Virus record (IMG/VR): IMGVR_UViG_3300007514_000623
Strand: one strand, 5' to 3'
Length of the DNA stretch: 20,000 bases
Source: an uncultured virus (IMG/VR IMGVR_UViG_3300007514_000623)
Lineage: Duplodnaviria; Heunggongvirae; Uroviricota; Caudoviricetes
Shown: positions 8,479 to 16,412 of the stretch, in pieces
Position numbering within the stretch: the stretch's first letter is position 1
Layout: each line of letters starts with the position of its first letter
Position numbers and translations under genes: made by a program
Notes under the pieces: model-generated
Told to the model about the DNA's origin: nothing
Seen by the model: only the letters and a program-made list of their open reading frames with translations
Databases searched by the model: none

Positions 8479-8916
8479 ATGATTGCTATGTTAAAAGTTA
8501 AAATGGTGAACAAGAGTGATAATGCATTACCTAAGTATGCAAAAGATGGTGATGCTGGTATGGATATATGCTCTCTGGAAGATGTTGAATTAGGGGCATT
8601 TCAATGGCAACCAATACCTACTGGAATATATATGGAACTTCCAGAAGGTTATGAATGTCAAATCAGGTCAAGGTCTGGTTTAGCGGCTAAAGAGGGTATT
8701 CAAGTTTTAAATAGCCCAGGCACTATTGATTCTGGTTATCGTGGCGAGGTTAAAGTTATTTTAAAAAATAATGCATACGCTCCATATAAAATTAAAAAAG
8801 GTGATAGGATTGCACAAATGGTTTTTGCACCAGTAACAAATGTTGCTCCTGTTGAAGTTGAAGAACTTTCCGCATCTGATAGAGGTGAGGGTGGATTGGG
8901 GAGTACAGGAACATGA
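8479..8916 (+). CDS. dut: Trimeric dUTP diphosphatase
   Basis: All five motifs: AGMD, RSRSGLA, GTIDSGYRGE, GDRIAQ and RGEGGLGSTG. Start could be 8488. Confidence 0.97.
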   Translation: MIAMLKVKMVNKSDNALPKYAKDGDAGMDICSLEDVELGAFQWQPIPTGIYMELPEGYECQIRSRSGLAAKEGIQVLNSPGTIDSGYRGEVKVILKNNAYAPYKIKKGDRIAQMVFAPVTNVAPVEVEELSASDRGEGGLGSTGT

Positions 8917-9437
8917 CAGATAAAAGAAAACACTATGTAGATAATGAGAAGTTTTTTGATGAAATGAAGAAATGGAAACAGCGGGTTTTAGATGCAAGGG
9001 AAGTTGACGAACCTGATCCGCCTTCTACTGAATTTATGGGTGAATGTTTTTTAAAGATTTGTGAACATTTAATCATGCGCCCTAATTTTATTAATTACAC
9101 ATTCCGAGATGATTTGATTTCTGATGGCATTGAGAATTGTTTGTTATACGCTCACAATTTCAATCCAGAAAAATCGAAGAATCCTTTTTCATATTTTACA
9201 CAAATTATACATCATGCATACGTTAGGAGAATTGTTAAAGAAAGAAAGTTAATGCATATTAAATATCTTTTTGTTGAAAGGTCTGGAATACTAGATGAAT
9301 TAAATCCAGAGAATGAGGACAATAAAAGGGTTACTAAGGTCTGGTTGGACTATCTAAAGACTCACGAAAAGTATGCTGTTAATCCAGATAAAAAGAAAAA
9401 GAAACCAAAACCTGATTTAGAATTGTACTTTAAATAG
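8913..9437 (+). CDS. g55: Late-transcription sigma factor gp55
   Basis: HYVDNEKF, GECFLKI, RPNFINYTFRDDLISDGIENCL, NFNPEKSKNPFSYFTQI and RRIVKE. Confidence 0.96.
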   Translation: MTDKRKHYVDNEKFFDEMKKWKQRVLDAREVDEPDPPSTEFMGECFLKICEHLIMRPNFINYTFRDDLISDGIENCLLYAHNFNPEKSKNPFSYFTQIIHHAYVRRIVKERKLMHIKYLFVERSGILDELNPENEDNKRVTKVWLDYLKTHEKYAVNPDKKKKKPKPDLELYFK

Positions 9438-9451
9438 AGGATTCTACTTAA

Positions 9452-9484
9452 TTCCTTACATTCCTATAACTTTTTTGATAGACT
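9452..9484 (+). promoter_or_regulatory. Sigma70-type promoter upstream of the Zn-ribbon/g47/g46 unit
   Basis: TTCC-TTACAT (9456-9461), 17-nt spacer ending TGA, TAGACT (9479-9484). Confidence 0.65.
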
Positions 9485-9496
9485 AAGGACTAAACA

Positions 9497-9745
9497 TTGG
9501 ATTATCACGTTATGATTTTTGAAGAATGTCAGAAGTGTAAACAATTTGAACCAGATCATTCATTTAAACATTGTTCATTTACAATGACTAAGTTAGATGA
9601 TGGAAAAGCTCTACAAGAGTTTGAATGTTCAAGATGTAATTTTAAATGGGAAAGAATATATGAAAGTAGCACTAATAACGGATCAACATTTCGGGGGGAA
9701 GCAAGACAGTCAGAACTTTTTGAATCACATAAGGAAATTTTATGA
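9497..9745 (+). CDS. Small Zn-ribbon protein (TTG start; ATG 9512 is an alternative)
   Basis: CQKC…CSRC followed by xxxW; its 3' end overlaps the 5' end of g47 in another frame. Confidence 0.6.
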   Translation: MDYHVMIFEECQKCKQFEPDHSFKHCSFTMTKLDDGKALQEFECSRCNFKWERIYESSTNNGSTFRGEARQSELFESHKEIL

Positions 9746-10748
9746 AGAACAGTTTTTTCCATATTTGTTTGAACATAATATTAGTACTGTTATTGATCTT
9801 GGCGACACATTTGATCGCCGAAAGTACGTTAACTTTAATACATTAAATGAAGTTAAGAAATTTTACTTTGATGTATTCTATGAACGTGATATTCAACTAC
9901 ATTCTATTGTAGGTAATCATTCTACTTATTATAGAAATACAAATTCTGTTAACAGTTCTGAATTACTTTATGGACATTATGATAATATTGAAGTATATCC
10001 AGAAGCTAAAACAATTCATGTGGGTGAATATGTAGATAGTGAAATTGCTATTGATTTAATTCCGTGGATTAATTCAGAAAATTATGATAAGACAATGAAT
10101 TTTATCAAGAATTCTAAATCACAAATTGCTCTTGGTCATTTAGAAGTAGCAGGGTTTGCTATGTACAAAGGATATAATTCAGAGGATGGAATATCTAAAA
10201 CTACATTTAAAGGATATGAGTTAGTATGTTCTGGACATTATCATCATAAGTCAAGTGAGGATAACATTCATTATCTTGGAGCTCCTTATGAGATTACTTG
10301 GAATGATTATGATGACCCTAGAGGGTTTCATATATTAGATACAGAAACCAGAGAAATAGAGTTTATTCGTAATAAGTTTAGATTGTTTGAAAAGATTTAT
10401 TATGATGATAATAAGTCCGATTATTCAAATGTTGATACAGCGGAATATAAAGATAAAATAGTTAAACTTATAGTTGAGAATAAAAAAGACACATCTACTT
10501 ATGAAAATTTTATTGATAAGTTGTATGCTTCTGATTTGGCAGACTTGACTATACTTGAGGATTTATCGGAATATAGTGCGAGGTATGAAGGTACACAGGA
10601 AGATGATATTGAGGTAGGAAATACATCTGATTTCCTAGATGAATATGTTGATAGTATGCCTTCTAATAGTGCAAAGATAGATGAACGAACAAAGATAAAG
10701 AAACTATTAAAAGTTATATATAATGAAGCACTTAACATGGAAGAATAA
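9660..10748 (+). CDS. g47: Recombination endonuclease subunit gp47 (Mre11/SbcD-like)
   Basis: Metallophosphoesterase motifs ITDQHFG, LGDTFDRRK, VGNH, GHLE and SGHYH. Start moved from track position 9597 to ATG 9660 (MKVALITD) to fit the family N-terminus. Confidence 0.95.
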   Translation: MKVALITDQHFGGKQDSQNFLNHIRKFYEEQFFPYLFEHNISTVIDLGDTFDRRKYVNFNTLNEVKKFYFDVFYERDIQLHSIVGNHSTYYRNTNSVNSSELLYGHYDNIEVYPEAKTIHVGEYVDSEIAIDLIPWINSENYDKTMNFIKNSKSQIALGHLEVAGFAMYKGYNSEDGISKTTFKGYELVCSGHYHHKSSEDNIHYLGAPYEITWNDYDDPRGFHILDTETREIEFIRNKFRLFEKIYYDDNKSDYSNVDTAEYKDKIVKLIVENKKDTSTYENFIDKLYASDLADLTILEDLSEYSARYEGTQEDDIEVGNTSDFLDEYVDSMPSNSAKIDERTKIKKLLKVIYNEALNMEE

Positions 10749-12448
10749 TGATTAGATTGAAAACTGTTAGGTGGAAGAACTTTCTATCTACTGGAAATAA
10801 CTTTTTAGAAGTAAAGTTAAATAAAGAACCAATGACATTGATCGTTGGAAAGAATGGTGCTGGTAAATCAACATTGATTGACGCTATCACCTTTTCTTTG
10901 TTTGGTAAACCTTTTAAAAAGATCAATAAAAGTCAATTATTGAATACCGTGAACGAATGTGATCTTTTAACAGAGATTGAATTTTCTGTTGGGAATTCTG
11001 AATGGAAAATAGTTCGTGGCATTAAACCGAATTTATTTGAAATATATAATAATGGTAAACTGGTTAATCAAGATGCAAAGGCGATGGACTACCAAAAGTA
11101 TCTTGAAGAAAAAGTATTAAAGTTAAACTTTAAATCGTTTACACAGATTGTTGTATTAGGGTCAGCATCATTTGTTCCCTTTATGCAATTATCTGCTAAT
11201 GATAGAAGAATTATTATTGAGGATATTCTGGATATAGGTATATTCTCTGTTATGAAGAATTTACTTAAAGATCGTTCAGTCATTCTTAAAGAAGAAATGA
11301 GTGAAGTTGATTATGAGATTAAATTGCTTCAAGAGAAAATTAAACTACAAGAAAAACATTTAGAAGAACTAAAAGCGAAATCTGATTCAAAGAGAAAGTC
11401 TGATCTAGTTAAGATCAAGGAAACAGAAGGCGAGATTAAAAGACTTACAGAGGAAATAGAAAATCATCAAGATATGGTGGTGTCTTTGATGAGGTCTATT
11501 GTTGATGAAGATACGACACATAAAAAGAATAATGAACTTGATAAATATCGTTCACAGATAAATAAGAACTTAAAGAAACTTAATAAAGATAAAAAGTTTT
11601 TTGAAGAAAAAGAAAACTGTCCTACTTGTGAACAAGATATTGATGAGGTATTTAAGAAAAGCAAACTTAATGATATATCAGATGACATTGAGGAAATGGA
11701 TGATGGTCTGGAAAAGATAGATGAAGAAATCCAGAGAGTATTTGAACGGTTGGATGAGATAACATCTGCCCATCAAGATATACAGAAACAAGAAAATGAA
11801 ATTGTAGCAAAGAATGGTCATATAAAATCTCATAATGCTTTTATACAACATTTAAACGAAGAATTTGATAATAAAGTAGAAGATGCTGACGAAGGTAAGA
11901 TAACAATATTAACTAGCGAATTAGAAGAATCAAAGAAAAATAGAAATCAATATTCTGAGCAGAAAAGATATTATGATATTCTAGGTACAATATTAAATGA
12001 TAAGGGAATTAAAACAAGGATTATCCGTAAGTATTTACCAGTTATTAATAACTATGTAAATCTTTATTTAAAGGATATGGATTTCTTTGTGAATTTCCAG
12101 CTGGATGAGAACTTTCAAGAAACTATTAAGAGTCGCCACAGGGACGATTTTTCTTATTATTCTTTTTCAGAAGGTGAAAAGAAAAGAATTGATATTGCAT
12201 TGTTATTGACTTGGAGACATATTGCATCCATGCGTAACTCTGTTAATGTCAACTTGTTAATACTAGATGAAGTTTTTGATGCAAGCCTGGATCAAGCAGG
12301 AGTAGATGATTTAATGAAGTTATTTGGTATTCTTGAAAAGACCAACTTGTTTATTATATCTCATAAGTTAGATATACTAGACGATAAATTTCCTGCTAAG
12401 ATTACAGTAGAGAAACTTAAAAACTTTTCAACTATGGAGTATAGGTGA
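10748..12448 (+). CDS. g46: Recombination endonuclease subunit gp46 (Rad50/SbcC-like ATPase)
   Basis: WKNFLSTGN, Walker A GKNGAGKST, coiled coil with CPTC zinc hook, signature FSEGEK, Walker B LILDEVFD, and ISH. Confidence 0.97.
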   Translation: MIRLKTVRWKNFLSTGNNFLEVKLNKEPMTLIVGKNGAGKSTLIDAITFSLFGKPFKKINKSQLLNTVNECDLLTEIEFSVGNSEWKIVRGIKPNLFEIYNNGKLVNQDAKAMDYQKYLEEKVLKLNFKSFTQIVVLGSASFVPFMQLSANDRRIIIEDILDIGIFSVMKNLLKDRSVILKEEMSEVDYEIKLLQEKIKLQEKHLEELKAKSDSKRKSDLVKIKETEGEIKRLTEEIENHQDMVVSLMRSIVDEDTTHKKNNELDKYRSQINKNLKKLNKDKKFFEEKENCPTCEQDIDEVFKKSKLNDISDDIEEMDDGLEKIDEEIQRVFERLDEITSAHQDIQKQENEIVAKNGHIKSHNAFIQHLNEEFDNKVEDADEGKITILTSELEESKKNRNQYSEQKRYYDILGTILNDKGIKTRIIRKYLPVINNYVNLYLKDMDFFVNFQLDENFQETIKSRHRDDFSYYSFSEGEKKRIDIALLLTWRHIASMRNSVNVNLLILDEVFDASLDQAGVDDLMKLFGILEKTNLFIISHKLDILDDKFPAKITVEKLKNFSTMEYR

Positions 12449-12630
12449 AAATTATTGTGCTGATGTGGATACTTTCATTCAAGGATTTGTCTGGTGAGAT
12501 TCATAAATTTACAGGCAGCATGGATGAATGTATGTTAACATCACTTTCATTTAATCAGGTACACGAAGGACAAAAGTATTCTGGTTGTTTTGCTTTGTCT
12601 AAACATTACGATTACGTTCCGAGGGATTAG
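12445..12630 (+). CDS. Hypothetical protein, hydrophobic N-terminus, two Cys
   Basis: 61 aa; GTG start overlapping the g46 stop; GGAG upstream; fills the gap between neighbouring genes exactly. Confidence 0.55.
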   Translation: MKIIVLMWILSFKDLSGEIHKFTGSMDECMLTSLSFNQVHEGQKYSGCFALSKHYDYVPRD

Positions 12631-12632
12631 AA

Positions 12633-12857
12633 ATGCCGTTTTATAGTTATCGTTGTAATCAATGTGGTTTTACTGATGAAGCATTTGTTGATGTAAATAA
12701 AAGAGATAAGAAATGGCCTTGTGAACAAGAAGGTTGTACTGGTGTTATGGAAAGGGAAATTGATGCCCCATCATTTAAGTTGAAGGGTGATGGGTGGTAT
12801 AAAGATGGTTATAGTAAGAAACCTAAACCGAAACCAAAAGAGGAAAAGAAAGAATGA
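12633..12857 (+). CDS. FmdB-family zinc-ribbon protein
   Basis: MPxYxYRCxxCG…CxxxxC…F.LKG.GWY.DGY pattern of the FmdB/CxxC_CxxC_SSSS family. Confidence 0.88.
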   Translation: MPFYSYRCNQCGFTDEAFVDVNKRDKKWPCEQEGCTGVMEREIDAPSFKLKGDGWYKDGYSKKPKPKPKEEKKE

Positions 12858-13774
12858 AACTCTTATATCCATTTGCAAAACGATTTATTGCTGGGCATGA
12901 TTTTGATTCTGCTAAACCAGTAATTGATGATCTATTGCTTGATGGATTTGAAATTTCAATAGACTACTTAGGTGAATTAAGTAAGACTAAAGACGATTGT
13001 GAAAAAGCATATAGACAATATACAAATATCATTTCTCATTATTCTAGAATTGGAAAAAAAATTGATCTATCTATTAAACCATCACAACTAGGTTTAAAAC
13101 TAGATATAGGGTATTGTCGAAAGATGATACAGAGTCTTGCTTTTCTAGCAGATCATAATGGTATGACAGTTAGATTGGATATGGAAGATTCTTCTTTAAC
13201 ACAAGATACTATTGACTTGTGTTTTGAATTAAGAGATCATTCTAATAATGTTGGAATAGCATTACAAAGTAATTTATTTAGAACTGCAAAAGATATTCAG
13301 AATTTATTAGATGCTAAGATTTCTTTAAGAATTGTTAAAGGTGCATATAAGGAAACTAATAAAGAAGCATATCAAAATAAAAAACAAATCAGGCAACTGT
13401 TTATAAAAAATATATTTCAGATTATTACAAATAGGTGTCGATCATATTATCACTTTAAAGATATTACAACTCCTGTATCTGCTGTAGGTACACATGATGA
13501 ATATGTATTAATGGAAGTTGTAAAGAACATGAAGAAGTTTAATGTTTCAAAAGATGATATGGATTTTGAATTGCTGTACGGCATCCGTAGAGATTTAAGT
13601 AGGGAATTAATGAAGAAGGGGTATAAGGTTCGGTTATATGTTCCATTCGGAACTGAATGGTTGCCATACACTTTACGAAGATTAAGAGAGTATGATAATA
13701 TGAAAATGGTATTAGTTAACGTAATTAAGGAGCTATGGAATGGAAGAAAGACCGACAGATTTGAAATTGCATGA
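12854..13774 (+). CDS. Monofunctional proline dehydrogenase (PRODH, PutB-type)
   Basis: AKRFIAG, DYLGE, SIKPSQLG, RLDMED, GIALQSNLFRT, LRIVKGAY, GTHD, FELLYGIR and RLYVPFGxxWxPYxxRRLxE; 306 aa, the typical size for the family. Confidence 0.93.
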   Translation: MKLLYPFAKRFIAGHDFDSAKPVIDDLLLDGFEISIDYLGELSKTKDDCEKAYRQYTNIISHYSRIGKKIDLSIKPSQLGLKLDIGYCRKMIQSLAFLADHNGMTVRLDMEDSSLTQDTIDLCFELRDHSNNVGIALQSNLFRTAKDIQNLLDAKISLRIVKGAYKETNKEAYQNKKQIRQLFIKNIFQIITNRCRSYYHFKDITTPVSAVGTHDEYVLMEVVKNMKKFNVSKDDMDFELLYGIRRDLSRELMKKGYKVRLYVPFGTEWLPYTLRRLREYDNMKMVLVNVIKELWNGRKTDRFEIA

Positions 13775-14363
13775 ATTCCCTGATGCAAGTTTTATTCATG
13801 GCTGTTATATCAGGGAAGAAATTTGTGATGATTTAATTAATTATTTTGAAACGCATCCTACAAGACATGAATCTGGAAAGATATATGGAACGTGTGCTGA
13901 ACATCTTGGTAGTTTAGTAGAAAATGATGAATTAAAGGTGAGCAAAGATATATACTTTTCACCTAAAAATGTTGCAGATGCTATGAGATTAAATAGTTAT
14001 GTATTTGATTTAAACAAGTGTATAAGCGAGTATGAATATAAATATAAGAGAGCATACTATATGCAAAGTTATGGAGTATCTGAAAGTATTAACTTACAAA
14101 AGTATGAAAAGAATGAAGGATTTAAAGCATGGCATTGTGAAAGAGATGGACACGCACAACAATCACGCTGTCTAGCATTTATGACTTACTTAAACACCGT
14201 ACCAGCTGGGGGTACGGAATTTTTGTATCAAAAACTTACTGTCCCAGCGATTAAAGGTTTAACCGTGATTTGGCCGTCTGATTGGACTCATACCCATAGG
14301 GGAGAGATTTCTAAACACCATACTAAGTATGTTTTAACAGGATGGTTGAATTACCAATCTTAA
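13740..14363 (+). CDS. 2OG-Fe(II) oxygenase (prolyl-4-hydroxylase-like phage family)
   Basis: NLQKY, WHCE (HxE), FMTYLN, GGTEF, WTHTHRG and KYVLTGW; AAGGAG RBS at 13727-13732. Confidence 0.92.
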   Translation: MEERPTDLKLHEFPDASFIHGCYIREEICDDLINYFETHPTRHESGKIYGTCAEHLGSLVENDELKVSKDIYFSPKNVADAMRLNSYVFDLNKCISEYEYKYKRAYYMQSYGVSESINLQKYEKNEGFKAWHCERDGHAQQSRCLAFMTYLNTVPAGGTEFLYQKLTVPAIKGLTVIWPSDWTHTHRGEISKHHTKYVLTGWLNYQS

Positions 14364-14378
14364 AGGAGATGTGTTACA

Positions 14379-14627
14379 ATGGAAGAATGTAATAAAGTGT
14401 CAATGAGAGATCAGTATCTAGAAACTTTTAAAGCAGTTTGTAAAGGTAATCTGGACAAACATAGAATGAATATAGAGACAATGCTTAATAACGGTGTAGG
14501 TGTTGCTGAGCATGGAGACTTTATGGGCACTATAACAAGTGAAATGGAAAATGTTGCCAAGTGGGATGAAATGCTTACAATGGCGGATAAACATTTTCTA
14601 ATGGATAATAACGTATATAATGGTTAA
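14379..14627 (+). CDS. Small conserved-looking phage hypothetical protein
   Basis: 82 aa with KHRMNIE.ML.N.VGVAEH.D, a pattern I recall from small T4-like phage proteins; AAGGAG RBS. Confidence 0.7.
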   Translation: MEECNKVSMRDQYLETFKAVCKGNLDKHRMNIETMLNNGVGVAEHGDFMGTITSEMENVAKWDEMLTMADKHFLMDNNVYNG

Positions 14628-14629
14628 TC

Positions 14630-14679
14630 TTTATAAAAGATTAATCAAAAACTAATATTATCCTAACACAAATCTAATT
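14630..14679 (+). promoter_or_regulatory. Pho-box-like array (OmpR/PhoB-family direct repeats with 11-bp period)
   Basis: Hexamers TTAATC (14641), CTAATA (14652), CTAACA (14663) and CTAATT (14674), plus weaker TTTATA (14630), spaced exactly 11 bp; upstream of a phosphate-permease-like operon. Confidence 0.65.
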
Positions 14680-14732
14680 CTTTTTTTATAAGTATTAATG
14701 AATAATTAATAAATAATAAAAAAGGAGATAAG

Positions 14733-14930
14733 ATGAGATTGACATTTTTAATATTGATAATGAGTATTACAATCGGCTGTGCTAGTGAACGAAGTACAAG
14801 AACTGCACAGCAAATATTAACACCAGATAAATTGAATATGCAGATTCATGTGAACCCCGATATTAGAAATGATATGAGGGATGATACTACAATACAGCAA
14901 GTTCGTTTAGGATTAGATTGGAATTTATAA
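14733..14930 (+). CDS. Small putative lipoprotein with beta-signal-like C-terminus
   Basis: Signal-peptide-II-like MRLTFLILIMSITIG|C; ends QQVRLGLDWNL; AAGGAG RBS; stop lies 1 nt before the permease start. Confidence 0.65.
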   Translation: MRLTFLILIMSITIGCASERSTRTAQQILTPDKLNMQIHVNPDIRNDMRDDTTIQQVRLGLDWNL

Positions 14931-14931
14931 T

Positions 14932-15900
14932 ATGGATTTAACATTATGGGCTTTACTTGGTTTTATTTTTGCGGTTTATGCAGTAACAGCAAATGATAGT
15001 ATTCAAACTTTAGGAACATATATTTCATCCAATGCCGATATTAAATGGTATTGGATGTTTGGTTATATGGGTACTATTTTTGTTGGTACAATGTTATATG
15101 GATTTGGAATTTATGATCCAGCATTCGGTAGATTAGAGAAGTTCCCCACAGTAGAAGTTCAATGGTATCATGCCGTAGCACCTATGATACTAGTTGCACT
15201 TACTCGCCTAAAGATTCCTGTATCAACTACCTTTTTAGTTTTATCAGTATTTGCTTCATCCGTAGTAATGGAGAAAATGTTAATTAAAAGTTTTCTCGGT
15301 TATGCTGTATCTTTTGTTTTTGCGTTTGGTTCATGGTATCTTATAAGTAAGTATATCTTGAATGAAGGACAAAAGGGGCAGGATAAACATAACCTCTATT
15401 GGAGATATGGCCAATGGATTACTACTGGATGGTTATGGGCAACATGGTTACAACATGATATGGCGAACATCATGGTATTCCTTCCAAGATATCATCCAGC
15501 TGGAAATGGTAGTTACGAATTACTTGTTATCGGAGTAATGTTAGTTGGACTTGCTTTTATGTTTTGGGAACGTGGTGGAAGGATTCAAGAAATTGTATTA
15601 TCTAAAACCAATACAAGATATGTTCGATCTGCAACATTGATTGATCTGGTTTATTGTTTCGTATTATATTTCTTTAAAGAATTAAACAATATTCCAATGT
15701 CAACAACATTTGTTTTTATGGGAATGTTAGCAGGAAGGGAAATGGGTATTTGGATGGACATGGGATATGGAAATCTAACATACACAAAACGACATAAGAA
15801 AGCAATATTTCCAATGCTGTACACAGACTTTTTAAGACTAATGCTGGGACTAGCTGTTAGTGTAACTATGGCATACGGAGTTTTTTATCTAAATAATTAA
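14932..15900 (+). CDS. PiT/PHO4-related inorganic phosphate (or sulfate) permease
   Basis: Multi-pass membrane protein with two internal repeats: TANDSIQTLG…IPVSTTF and QHDMAN…IPMSTTF, equivalent to the PiT GANDxAN/NDxAN and PxSTT signatures. Confidence 0.75.
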   Translation: MDLTLWALLGFIFAVYAVTANDSIQTLGTYISSNADIKWYWMFGYMGTIFVGTMLYGFGIYDPAFGRLEKFPTVEVQWYHAVAPMILVALTRLKIPVSTTFLVLSVFASSVVMEKMLIKSFLGYAVSFVFAFGSWYLISKYILNEGQKGQDKHNLYWRYGQWITTGWLWATWLQHDMANIMVFLPRYHPAGNGSYELLVIGVMLVGLAFMFWERGGRIQEIVLSKTNTRYVRSATLIDLVYCFVLYFFKELNNIPMSTTFVFMGMLAGREMGIWMDMGYGNLTYTKRHKKAIFPMLYTDFLRLMLGLAVSVTMAYGVFYLNN

Positions 15901-15916
15901 CTTTTTTTTCACCAAG

Positions 15917-15953
15917 ACCTTGACATTTGAAATTTAGATGTTATTTATATAGT
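15917..15953 (+). promoter_or_regulatory. Possible promoter for hsp20
   Basis: CC-TTGACA (15920-15925) matches the -35 of the other promoters, but there is no clean -10 at 17-nt spacing. Confidence 0.35.
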
Positions 15954-15981
15954 AACACTAATTTTACAAGGAGAAAGAAAG

Positions 15982-16404
15982 ATGACTTTTATGACTAAAA
16001 GAAAACCTTATACATTTGATTCACTAAGTCCGTTTCCAAATTGGTTAGAATTTGATAGGTGGGATGATTGGTTCAATTCTGGACTTGAACAATATGAACG
16101 CCCGTTAAATAAATATCGTTGGGATGAAACGGAAGAAGAATATCGAATTGATATGGTTATGCCAGGCATGACTAAAAAGGATATTGATATATCTTTTAAG
16201 AATGAAATGCTTACTGTTAAATGCAAGAGAGAGGTTTCTGAAAAGGATCAAAAATTCTTTGGTATAAAAACCGAACAATCCTTTAAGAACTTTCCGAGTG
16301 GAATAGACTCAAGTAAAATTTCTGCGGAAATGGGTGATGGTATTTTAACTATTAAACTCCCAAAAAGAGAAGCAGATAAACCGAAGTACATTGACATTAA
16401 ATAG
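15982..16404 (+). CDS. hsp20: Small heat-shock protein (Hsp20/alpha-crystallin family)
   Basis: ETEEEYRIDMVMPGMTKKDIDI and IDSSKISAEMGDGILTIKLPK (AxxxxGxLxxxxPK); AAGGAG RBS. Confidence 0.93.
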   Translation: MTFMTKRKPYTFDSLSPFPNWLEFDRWDDWFNSGLEQYERPLNKYRWDETEEEYRIDMVMPGMTKKDIDISFKNEMLTVKCKREVSEKDQKFFGIKTEQSFKNFPSGIDSSKISAEMGDGILTIKLPKREADKPKYIDIK

Positions 16405-16412
16405 GAGTTGCT

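Noticed and set aside
13740..14363. 2OG-Fe(II) oxygenase as a TET/JBP DNA hydroxylase partnering the glycosyltransferase
   Set aside because: Its motifs (WHCE, GGTEF, WTHTHRG, KYxxTGW) fit the common prolyl-hydroxylase-like phage family rather than TET/JBP, and the two genes are over 5 kb apart.
15942..15949. TATTTATA, a late promoter on the minus strand pointing antisense into the permease gene
   Set aside because: A single 8-mer in very AT-rich DNA with no supporting minus-strand gene or terminator; indistinguishable from chance.
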